From an uncultured Acidobacteriota bacterium (GTDB lineage: Bacteria; Acidobacteriota; UBA6911), in NCBI GenBank assembly GCA_963809485.1, contig CAWEJX010000016.1, positions 32,001-96,000 of the forward strand: a stretch of 64,000 bases of DNA, in the 5' to 3' direction. Shown here piece after piece: positions 9,401-18,410 of the stretch (the stretch's first letter is position 1; every line of letters begins with the position of its first letter). A program made the position numbers and the translations under genes. Under the pieces are notes generated by a model. That model was not told the origin of the DNA, ran no database searches, and worked only from the letters and a program-made list of their open reading frames with translations.

Positions 9401-11883
9401 ATTTCCGGGGGACGCAGGTTCATGGTCCCGAGAATTGTGGCCAGGGATTCGCCCGCAGGCGCCACAATCCGCGTGTGGAAGGCGTGGCTGACCTGCAGCG
9501 GGCGCGCGACATAACCGCCATCGCGCACTGCCGCCATCGCTTTCTCGACGCCCGTCGTCGATCCGCCAATTACGGCCTCTTTGGTACTGTTGATGTTGGC
9601 GATGACGACATAGTCGTCGACCGTGGCCAGTATTTTTTCGATTTTGTCGATCGGCCCGAAGACGGCGGCCATCATGCCGTTGTCGTCCAGGGCGCATCGG
9701 GTCATTTCGTTACCGCGAGCGCTGACGGCTTTCAGGGCTTCCTCGAAGGATATGGCGCCGCACGCCACAAGCGCACCGTATTCGCCTAAGCTGTGCCCCA
9801 TGACCATGTCCGGGGCGATGCCGTAAGCGTAGAGCATGCGGGCAAGAGCGGTCTCGGTCGCCAGGACTGCAGGCTGGGTGATCGCCGTCTGCTTCAGTCC
9901 GTCTTCGGCAGCCGCGAGCGCCGCTTCATCCGATTTGTCGAGATAAATGCAGCTCGTCAGAGTTCTGCCCAGCAGAGGTTCCATGACGCGATCCGCTTCT
10001 TCATAGACTTTGGTCACAATCGGTTCGGTCGCCCGGAGCGTCTGGAGCATGTTTACGTATTGAGAACCCTGGCCGGTGAAAAGGAACGCCACCTTGGGGA
10101 CAGGGCCTTTGCCCAGGAAAATTCCTTTGGGCCGCAACGCTTTCCACCTTCCGGCCTGGTTCTCCTCGAATGCTTTCAGCGCTTTTCCGGCTTTGTCGGC
10201 CAGCTCTGCCGCGTTTCCATAATCGATGGCCACGCGCACATTGGACTGCAGATCGGACTCGAGGGGAGGCGCCGGTTCCGGTGCTTTCCCGGCCGCAGCC
10301 TCCCGGGCCACGGCTTTCAGCCGGGCGATCAGTGCAGCTTCCGACTCCGCACCCAATACGAAAGCTCCGCGCAGAGGCATCTTGAGATTTGCGGACGGTT
10401 TCGCGCCGAATGAGCCTTCGGGAACCGATACGGCCGCCTTGCGCTCATCCGCTATCCTTCCGGGGACATATTCCTCAAGGACAACGTGGAAGTTGGTTCC
10501 ACCGAATCCAAAGGCGCTGACTGCGGCCCGGCGTACATTCCCGGGCTTCACGTCCCAAGGCCTTAGCTCGGTATTAACGTAAAAAGGAGATGCGGAAAAA
10601 TCAAAATTGGGATTGGGCTGATTGAAGTTCAGGCTTGGCGGCAGTTCCCGCTTGTTCAGGGCGAAGGCCGCCTTCAGGATGCCGGCGGCTCCGGCTGCGC
10701 CTTTTAGATGTCCGACATTTGATTTCACCGATCCCAGTGCGATGGAACCTACGGGAAGTCCGATGTCTTTGAGGGCTTCCGACAGGCTTTCCAGTTCCGC
10801 GACATCCCCGACAGGGGTTGATGTGCCGTGCCCTTCGATCAGGTCTCCCTGGGCCGGGACGACACCGGCATTCTGCCAGGCTCGTCGGATGCAAAGCCTC
10901 TGTCCAACCGGATTGGGCGCCGTAATGCCTTTCCCCTTTCCGTCACTCGATCCCCCGATACCGCGTATCACAGCGTAGATCCTGTCACTGTCGCGTTCGG
11001 CATCGGCCAGTCGTTTCAACAGAAATACAACGGCTCCTTCGCCCATCACGAAACCGTCCGCGCCATCCGCGTAAGGCCGGGATCCCTTGCCGGAAAGGGC
11101 GCCGATTTTGCAGAACTTCACAAAGGTGGAAGGGCTCATGTTGGTGTCGATCCCGCCCGTCAGGACTGCGTCGTAGTCGCTGCCGCCCAATCCCTCGATA
11201 GCGGCGCTCATGGCCGCCATGGCAGATGCGCAGGCAGCGTCGGCGACGAAATTCGGGCCCTTGAAGTCGTACAGCGCGGCGATACGGCCGGCAACAATAT
11301 TGGCCAGCTCCCCGGGCATTGTGTCCTCCGTGATGGGAGGGGTCTTGCGGCGGACGCCTTCGTGCAGCTGTTCAAGGATTGCCTGGCGAACCGGAAGCGG
11401 CAAGGAAGAGTAGCTGGCAGATTTGATCAGCTCTTCGGCAAATTCGGGAAAGAGGATGCGGGCGGCGGAATACAGGTGCGTATCGCCGGCCATGGCGTTA
11501 CCCAGGATCACGGCTGTGCGTTCAGGATTCAGCGGGCGGCCCGGATACCCGTAGTCGCTCAAAGCCTCGCGGGCCGTAACCACGGCCCATTTCTGCGTAA
11601 GGTCCATCGCCAGGCTGACGCGCGGAGGAATCGGCAGCTTCCACTTCAGCGGATCCCATTCCCAGTCACGCACCCAGCCGCCGATTTTTGAATAGGTCTT
11701 GTCCGGCGCTTTAGGATCCGGGTCGTAATAGAGGTTCGGATCCCAACGATCGCGTGAGACTTCGGTGATGCTATATCGGCCCTCTCTGATGTTCTGCCAG
11801 AATTTTGGCGCATTGGCCGCGTCCGGCATCAGGGCTCCTACGCCGACAATCGCAACAGCTTTATCAGCCGCAGATACTCTCAT
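3436..11883 (-). CDS. Type I PKS / PUFA-synthase(PfaA)-like multidomain synthase: KS-AT-KS-ACPx3-KR-DH, 2815 aa
   Basis: KS1 DAACAS/EGHGTST/NVGHL; AT GHSLGE and HAFH; KS2 NGACSS/SHETYT/TGHPM; three [11 protein letters not shown] repeats; KR VTGAAG and [22 protein letters not shown]. Confidence 0.95.
   Translation of the reverse strand: [2815 protein letters not shown]
6045..6990 (-). repeat. Three tandem ACP-coding repeats within the PKS, separated by Ala/Pro-rich linkers
   Basis: Near-identical ~80-aa units ([55 protein letters not shown]). Confidence 0.95.
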
Positions 11884-11934
11884 TATTCAAAAGCCTCCGG
11901 TAATTCCATGCAATGATTCGTGACCGTATCTTTC

Positions 11935-13593
11935 TTATTTCTTATCCCGTCCGTACAGGACGTCCGCCACATAATCCAGGTCCTGCACCAGTCCTGCCTG
12001 TGCAAGAAGCAATTGCTGGGAAAGTAATTTCTGGTTAAGCTTCATCGCATCTTGTTCGGGCAAGAGCCCGCCGATCCATCGGACGCCTTCGGCCGCTACT
12101 TTCATAGCAGCGTCCCGGGTGGAAATCCGGCTCAACGCGGCAAGATTTTCGGCAGTGAAACGGGCATGGGCTTTGGCGTTCACCTCTCCCCTGGCTGCGC
12201 GAGCCGCCCGGCGGGCAAGGCTTGCGGCGCCTTCGGCGTATGCGATCCATTCGCCCAGCCGGAAGAGGATGTGTTGATGCCGCGTAAGCCGCTGCGCGCG
12301 GGCCACCTCGAGCAGCTCCGCAAGGGCATGAAGCGCGTAGCTGACGGTCTGAGCGCCCACACGCTCGTTCTGCCGGTGCAGATCTTCCATCCCCCGCGCC
12401 ATAGCGTGATAAAACTGGCCGTGCGTTTTGAGATGAGATTGCCAGCGGTCACGGCTGATCGTCATCTCCATGATTTCAGACGTTCCTTCATAAATTGTCG
12501 TGATTCGGGCATCGCGCTTGATCTTTTCCACCATATACTCGCGCGTGTAGCCATAGCCGCCGAGCGCCTGAATGGAAGCGTCGGCCGCGAGGTTCCCCGC
12601 TTCGGTGGCGAGATATTTTGCGATGGCGCCTTCGGTATTCAGGTTGCCCTCGTCGCTGTCGATGCGTTCGGCCGTCTCCTCGATAAAGGAACGCGCGGTT
12701 TCCAGGCGTGCGGCGTGGGGCACGATGAGTTTGTGAGTGTATCCCTGTTTTTCGGAGAGCGGCGTTCCTCCCTGGATGCGCCCCATGGAATACGGGATGG
12801 CTCGGTCCAAAGCCGCCCAGCCCGATCCCAGACCGAAAGCGGCAACCATGAGACGGGTGTAGCCGAAAACCAGCTGGGCCTGGATCAGGCCCTGGCCTTC
12901 CACGCCTCCCAGCAGGCGGTCGGCGTCGACGTACACACCTTCCAGCGATACCGTAGCGGTATTGCTGGCGCGTATCCCGTGCTTATCCTCCGGCTTCCCG
13001 TGGCTCAGCCCGGGAGTGTCCTTTTCGACCACAAACCAGCTGGGGCCGCCGGGCGCCTTGGCCAGAACGCTGTACAGGTCGGCAAAACCGCCGTTGCTGA
13101 TCCACTGCTTGTTTCCCGTTATCTTGTACCCGGCCACTTTGCCGTCTTTTGTTACAGGATCAGCCACCGTGCGCAGAGCCGCAAGGTCGCTGCCCGCTTC
13201 CGGCTCGGTAGCGCCATAGGCCATAAGCAGCCCTTCCTGGCCGATGCGCGTCATCCAGAGTTTCTTCTGCTCGTGGGTGCCGCCGAAGATAATCGGGTCG
13301 CTGCCCAGGAATGTCGCCAGGACCCCTGTGGCGACACCCAAATCGACGCGGGCCAGTTCTTCGCAGACCCTGTAGACGTCAAAAGCGCCTCCCCCCATAC
13401 CGTCGAACTCTTCCGGGATGAAAAGGAGCTGAATGCCAAGTCCGGCACCGCACATTTCCCGCACGATATCCGAGGGAAATTCTTCGGTTGCGTCCAGTTC
13501 GAGGATCTTCTTTTCCGGCAGCCTGGCGGCGGTGAAGTCCTTGAGCGATTCCAGCGTCAAATCGAGAGTCTCTTTATCCAATCCTTTGTGCAT
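11935..13593 (-). CDS. Acyl-CoA dehydrogenase family protein with C-terminal helical extension
   Basis: [34 protein letters not shown]. Confidence 0.93.
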   Translation of the reverse strand: MHKGLDKETLDLTLESLKDFTAARLPEKKILELDATEEFPSDIVREMCGAGLGIQLLFIPEEFDGMGGGAFDVYRVCEELARVDLGVATGVLATFLGSDPIIFGGTHEQKKLWMTRIGQEGLLMAYGATEPEAGSDLAALRTVADPVTKDGKVAGYKITGNKQWISNGGFADLYSVLAKAPGGPSWFVVEKDTPGLSHGKPEDKHGIRASNTATVSLEGVYVDADRLLGGVEGQGLIQAQLVFGYTRLMVAAFGLGSGWAALDRAIPYSMGRIQGGTPLSEKQGYTHKLIVPHAARLETARSFIEETAERIDSDEGNLNTEGAIAKYLATEAGNLAADASIQALGGYGYTREYMVEKIKRDARITTIYEGTSEIMEMTISRDRWQSHLKTHGQFYHAMARGMEDLHRQNERVGAQTVSYALHALAELLEVARAQRLTRHQHILFRLGEWIAYAEGAASLARRAARAARGEVNAKAHARFTAENLAALSRISTRDAAMKVAAEGVRWIGGLLPEQDAMKLNQKLLSQQLLLAQAGLVQDLDYVADVLYGRDKK

Positions 13594-13677
13594 ATTCAGG
13601 AAACCTCAAAAAGCGTGCCGCGAATCCCACGGACAGAGCTGTGAAATTTGCAGCGTTTTCGGGTGAATGCCCCCGCA

Positions 13678-14739
13678 CTACGCGCGCAGCAGCAGCGCCC
13701 CCCAGTTCATGCCTGCCCCGAATGCGACCATGAGCACCAGATCGCCTTTATGAATCCGGCCGGTGCGCGTGGCCTCGTCCCAGAGCAGAGGGATGGTCGC
13801 CGCCGTGGTATTCCCGTATTTGTGAATGTTGTGGATCACCTTTTCTTCCGGTATGTTCAGCATTTTCTGCACGCGTTCGTTGATGCGTTTGTTGGCCTGG
13901 TGCATCAGAACCAAAGATATGTTCTCCAGTTTCAGGTTGTTGCGTTCGAGGATCTCCTTTGTGACGGCCGCCATACTGTTTGCGGCGTTTCGGAATACGT
14001 ACATGCCGTTCATCACAGGTATATGATCCCCTCGTAGAAGCTGGCCCGAATCCACGTAGGGTCTATGTTTGAATCCGGCGCCCGGCACGTAGATCCTGTC
14101 GTATTCGCTCCCGTCGGTGTGCAGGATGCAGTCCAGAACGCCGCGGTCCTCCTCTTCGGCCTTGAGGACGACGGCGGCTCCCGCATCCCCGAACAGCACG
14201 GTCACGTTCCGGAACCGGGTGTTCCATTCATACTCCTCTGGCGTCGGGGGAACCGCCGTTTTCCCGTACATATAGCTGTAGTTTTCCGCAGTCCACGGCA
14301 TGAAGCCGGTATGCGTTTCGGCCCCGACCACCAGCACCGCTTTTGCCACACCTGAGCGTATCTGAGCATCCGCCAGTTGGATGCCGTACAGAAAGCCTGC
14401 GCATTGCTGCCGGATGTCGAAACAAGGAATGTCCCGGATTTCCAGCTTGGACTGGAGAAGCCCCCCGCACCCCGGGAAAAAATAATCGGGGGTCATGGTT
14501 GCGAAAACAATCATGTCCAGGTCGTTTTTGTCGATGCCGGCAGAGTTTATAGCCTCGCTTGCCGCCGCCACGCCAAGATCGGATGTTGAGATGCCTTCGT
14601 CGACATAGTACCGGGTCTCCACGCCGCTGCGCTCCCTGATCCAGTCGTCTCCGGCATCCATAATCCTGGACAGCATGCCGTTGGTTACCTTGTTGGGTGG
14701 GACGCAAGCGCCGCTCCCGACTATTACGGCTCGCACCAT
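13678..14739 (-). CDS. fabH: 3-oxoacyl-ACP synthase III (FabH family)
   Basis: QQCAGF, LFGDAG, HQAN, YGNT: Cys-His-Asn triad intact. Confidence 0.9.
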   Translation of the reverse strand: MVRAVIVGSGACVPPNKVTNGMLSRIMDAGDDWIRERSGVETRYYVDEGISTSDLGVAAASEAINSAGIDKNDLDMIVFATMTPDYFFPGCGGLLQSKLEIRDIPCFDIRQQCAGFLYGIQLADAQIRSGVAKAVLVVGAETHTGFMPWTAENYSYMYGKTAVPPTPEEYEWNTRFRNVTVLFGDAGAAVVLKAEEEDRGVLDCILHTDGSEYDRIYVPGAGFKHRPYVDSGQLLRGDHIPVMNGMYVFRNAANSMAAVTKEILERNNLKLENISLVLMHQANKRINERVQKMLNIPEEKVIHNIHKYGNTTAATIPLLWDEATRTGRIHKGDLVLMVAFGAGMNWGALLLRA

Positions 14740-14918
14740 AAACCTTCTCCCTCAATCAAATCAAAGGGGTGATTGTAGCATGCCGAGAGGTCGAAGCCTG
14801 ACGAAAACTCATCGCTTTTTGGGGAACGGAGCCAATTCAGTGGTGTCAGGCAATTCCCCTAAACCCTTTGCTGATATCGGCCTGCCCTGTTTTTGTATCG
14901 TCGGCCTGAGGGCCGTTG

Positions 14919-15172
14919 CTATAAAATTTCCGGCATGGCAGCAAGCTCCGCATTGAGATGGCGGAGCATTTCCTCGAGCATTTCCCGATAGCGCGGGCTA
15001 CGGGCGGATTCAAGATCTTGAATTACCCGGATCCTCTGCAGCATTAAGCCCTCCCGCCGGCGGCGGCGCTCAATCTTGTCAGGCGGAAACGAATTCCGAT
15101 TTGGGGACTCGGACCGGCCGTGGGCTCCCTCAATTTGCATTTCGACGTTTTTGCTTTCCCATCCTCTTCCAT
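14919..15172 (-). CDS. Small coiled-coil hypothetical protein (M-G/A-RGWESK.VE type); apparent 1-nt deletion just after the ATG
   Basis: ATG at 15172 is one base out of frame with GRGWESKNVEMQIE...REGLMLQRIRVIQDLE..PRYREMLEEML; family membership is from memory. Confidence 0.6.
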
Positions 15173-15269
15173 AGGGATTTAATAATAGCCTTTTCTCGAA
15201 CCAGCGCCAAGAATTCGCCTCCTATTCCCTTTTTATAATTGTTCAGCGTACGTCAACGTTTATAGACGC

Positions 15270-15390
15270 TCGTCAGCGTTAAATTAATGGACGGGCCTCC
15301 AGAGCCGGTCTCAAAACGACTGTCCCGAAATCCTCGCCGGCAGTTTTGAGACGGTCTCTGGAGATCCGTGCTCACGAAAACCTGGGCAGA
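15270..15390. repeat. REP-like palindrome (GGACGG..CTCC/GGAG..CCGT) with an inverted-repeat-bounded insert; related pieces at 2575-2615, 2650-2672, 28604-28650, 35093-35137
   Basis: agagccggtctcaaaac ... gttttgagacggtctct inverted repeat; flanks match the other loci by eye. Confidence 0.65.
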
Positions 15391-15425
15391 ATCTCATTCT
15401 TACCCTTAGCCCATGCAATATTCAG

Positions 15426-16259
15426 TCAGATCGTGAGGTAGGAGCCGAGAACCTTGAAGTATGGGGTTAATTCGCGCAGGTGCCGGAGGGCGTTAAGGCA
15501 TTCGCGACTGCGGATGTCGCTCCGCAGGTCCAGGTAAAATAGATACTCCCATGGCTTTCCGCGAATGGGCCTGGATTCAATCTTGGTCAGATCAATGTTT
15601 CTCAATGCGAAGACCGACAGGGCCTTGAAAAGCACTCCCGGCTCGTCCTTAAGGCCGAAAACGACACTGGTCTTGGCGCCGCCTCGCGGGAATCTGCCCC
15701 GCCGCGTCAGTGCGAGGAAGCGCGTATAATTTTCCGGATCATCCTCAATCCCGCGGCGAAGCACTTTCATCCCGTAAATCCGTGCCGCATCTTCAGACGC
15801 GATGGCAGCCGCCTTTTTGAGCCCGTGATCCCGTATGAACTTGACGCTGCCGGCCGTATCGTAGAAGGAGACCTTTTCTATCGATCGCAGGCGGCCCAGC
15901 AACCGCTTGCACTGCTCCATTGCCGCCGGGTGGGAATAGATTTGCCGGATCTGCCTGAGGCTCGCCCCGGGATGAACAATCAGGCTGTGCTCGACGCGCA
16001 AAGAGGTTTCGGCAATCACATCCAGGGAATGCCGGGCGAGCAAATCGAAGTTCTGGTGAATGCTCCCGGCCAGGGAGTTTTCGATGGGAATGACGGCAAA
16101 CTCCGCCTTGCTCCGGGCGACGGTGCGGAAAACATCATCGAAAACAAAACACGGAACGGACTCGATTCTCTTCCCGAAGATTTTGCGAACCGCATGATGA
16201 CTGAAAGCCCCAGGTTCACCCTGGAATGCGACCTTTGATCCTGCCGCTACCTTAAGCAA
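15426..16259 (-). CDS. pheA: Prephenate dehydratase (PDT-ACT)
   Basis: VAFQGEPGAFS, PIENSLAGSI, NYTRF, LTKIESRP. Confidence 0.95.
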   Translation of the reverse strand: MLKVAAGSKVAFQGEPGAFSHHAVRKIFGKRIESVPCFVFDDVFRTVARSKAEFAVIPIENSLAGSIHQNFDLLARHSLDVIAETSLRVEHSLIVHPGASLRQIRQIYSHPAAMEQCKRLLGRLRSIEKVSFYDTAGSVKFIRDHGLKKAAAIASEDAARIYGMKVLRRGIEDDPENYTRFLALTRRGRFPRGGAKTSVVFGLKDEPGVLFKALSVFALRNIDLTKIESRPIRGKPWEYLFYLDLRSDIRSRECLNALRHLRELTPYFKVLGSYLTI

Positions 16260-16303
16260 TTTTATCCTCTGAGCCGCTGCTCCAAATTACGAATAACGAG
16301 GCA

Positions 16304-16520
16304 GTCGGCACCTCAGGCAACGCCGGAGGCTTGAAAGATTGGAACCGCTCAAAGCGGTTGGAGGAGTTACGCCGGTCTTGAACGCTGACTTACGCGGGCA
16401 AAAGCCGACACCCGCCGAACAAATCGGCGTTTGTCAGCGCTTTTGTCAGCATATCTCAGCGTTTCAAAATACGGAGCTGTCAAACTCTATAAGTCCCCCG
16501 GCAGAGCCGGCTGATCTCCC
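16304..16520. mobile_element. IS200/IS605-like non-autonomous miniature element, copy A (short form)
   Basis: Shares ends cacctc.ggcaa.gccggaggcttgaaagattggaaccgctcaaagcggtt and gtcaaactct.t.agtcccc.ggcagagccgg with four other copies. Confidence 0.75.
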
Positions 16521-16526
16521 TCTGGA

Positions 16527-18080
16527 TCAGCTTTCTGCCGGTTTGTCCTTGTGGTTATGGGACTCCAACGCCGCTTGGTAATGGATCATCTTGTTAACCG
16601 CGTCGACATAGGCTCGGGCGCTCGCGTCCACGATATCCAAGCTGGCTGCCTTGCCGATGAAGGACACTTTGCCGAAGTCGACCTTCATGAACACTTCACC
16701 GACCGCATCGCCGCCCGTCGTTACGCTCTGGACCGTGTATTCCGTCAGCTTCCCTTCGAGGCCTGTGATTCTGTCGACGGCCTTAACCACCGAATCCACC
16801 GGACCGTCGCCCGTCGCCGAATCCTGGTAAAGCTTCCCCTCTTTTTCCAGCACAATGGTGGTGGTAGCGATGACCTGGTTGCCCGCAATGGAATGGATAT
16901 TTTTGATCTTATAGACCGGCGCGGTGATCCTTAATGCGTCGCGGACCGTCACGATCAGGTCTTCGTCGTACACCACCTTCTTCTTGTCTGCCACTTTCTT
17001 TATGAGGATATATGCTTTTTCAAGTTCGGCCGGGCTGAGGTCGAATCCCAGTTCCTGATATTTCTTCTTGAGGGCGTGCCGGCCGGAATGCTTTCCCATC
17101 ACCAGGTGGCTTTCTTTGATTCCGACGTCCTCGGGACGCATGATCTCGTAGGTGAGCTTCTCCTTCATGACGCCGTCCTGGTGAATGCCGGCTTCGTGGG
17201 CGAAAGCGTTTCTGCCCACGATGGCTTTGTTCCTCTGGACTATCAGTCCAGTCAGGTTGGTCAGCATCGCGCTGGAAGGATAAATTTCCCGCGTATTGAT
17301 CCCGGTTTCTATCCCGAAGAGATCCTTGCGCGTGCGCAGAGCCATCACGATTTCTTCCAGGGAGGCGTTCCCTGCGCGCTCTCCGATGCCGTTGACGGTG
17401 CATTCCACCTGGCGGACGCCATTTTGAATGGCGACCAGCGAGTTGGCCACGGCCAATCCCAGATCGTTATGGCAATGGACCGACAGGATGGCTCGCCCGA
17501 TGTTGGGCACATGATCGCGCAGGTATCGGATGCGCTCGGCGTATTCCGTGGGGAAAGTGTATCCGACCGTATCTGGAATATTAGCAACGTTAGCCCCGGC
17601 GTTGATAACAGCCTCCACAACTTTGCAGAGAAAATCGAGGTCGGAGCGCGTGGAGTCTTCCGCAGAGAACTCGACGTCGGGACAAAGGGACTTCGCATAT
17701 GCCACGGCGTTTGCGGCTTCAGCGAGCGCCTCTTCCCTGGTTTTCCTCAACTTATACTGCAAGTGAATGTCGGAAGTGGCGAGAAAAACATGGATACGCG
17801 GCTTTGCCGCAGCTTTAACGGCTTCCCAACAGCGGTCGATGTCCGCTTTGTTTGCCCGCGCCAGCCCTGCGATGGTGACGGAACGGATCGTTTGGGAAAT
17901 GCGCCGGACGGATTCGAAATCTCCATCTGAGGATATGGGAAATCCTGCTTCAATGACGTCCACCTGCAGCTTTTCCAGTTGCTGCGCCAGCCTCAATTTG
18001 TCCTCGATGGTCATACTGGCGCCGGGAGACTGCTCCCCGTCTCTTAACGTCGTGTCAAATACCAGTACTCGGTCTGTCAT
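16527..18080 (-). CDS. leuA: 2-isopropylmalate synthase
   Basis: [40 protein letters not shown] regulatory domain. Confidence 0.97.
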   Translation of the reverse strand: MTDRVLVFDTTLRDGEQSPGASMTIEDKLRLAQQLEKLQVDVIEAGFPISSDGDFESVRRISQTIRSVTIAGLARANKADIDRCWEAVKAAAKPRIHVFLATSDIHLQYKLRKTREEALAEAANAVAYAKSLCPDVEFSAEDSTRSDLDFLCKVVEAVINAGANVANIPDTVGYTFPTEYAERIRYLRDHVPNIGRAILSVHCHNDLGLAVANSLVAIQNGVRQVECTVNGIGERAGNASLEEIVMALRTRKDLFGIETGINTREIYPSSAMLTNLTGLIVQRNKAIVGRNAFAHEAGIHQDGVMKEKLTYEIMRPEDVGIKESHLVMGKHSGRHALKKKYQELGFDLSPAELEKAYILIKKVADKKKVVYDEDLIVTVRDALRITAPVYKIKNIHSIAGNQVIATTTIVLEKEGKLYQDSATGDGPVDSVVKAVDRITGLEGKLTEYTVQSVTTGGDAVGEVFMKVDFGKVSFIGKAASLDIVDASARAYVDAVNKMIHYQAALESHNHKDKPAES

Positions 18081-18410
18081 ACCTGGATCCTTTCACAAAT
18101 GTGCCTGGAAGCTTTGCCTTTAACCCAGCTTTTGCAGCGGAATCGCCGGGCGAAGGCGTAAGAAGGGCGCTCGAAGGAGGATTGTTCTAAGGTAGAAGAT
18201 TGCGTCACATCGGCTTGGCTTGTGAAGCTTCATAAAAACCTGTCTCGCGGTCCCTGGTTATTGCGCTCTCCCGTATCTTAGACTGGCATATGAGTTTGTC
18301 AAGACAAAACAGGCCGCCACAGCCGGTTGCAGGTTTCAGGTTGCAGGCCGCAGCGGATATACGCCGACCCCCGTATTTGTGGCCGGCGCATATCAGCAGT
18401 GCAGGCGGTT

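Noticed and set aside
7348-9789. Long antisense ORFs (813 aa here; also 12052-13644, 19131-20309, 52367-53395, 59066-60088)
   Set aside because: Shadow frames of well-supported GC-rich genes with no recognisable motifs.
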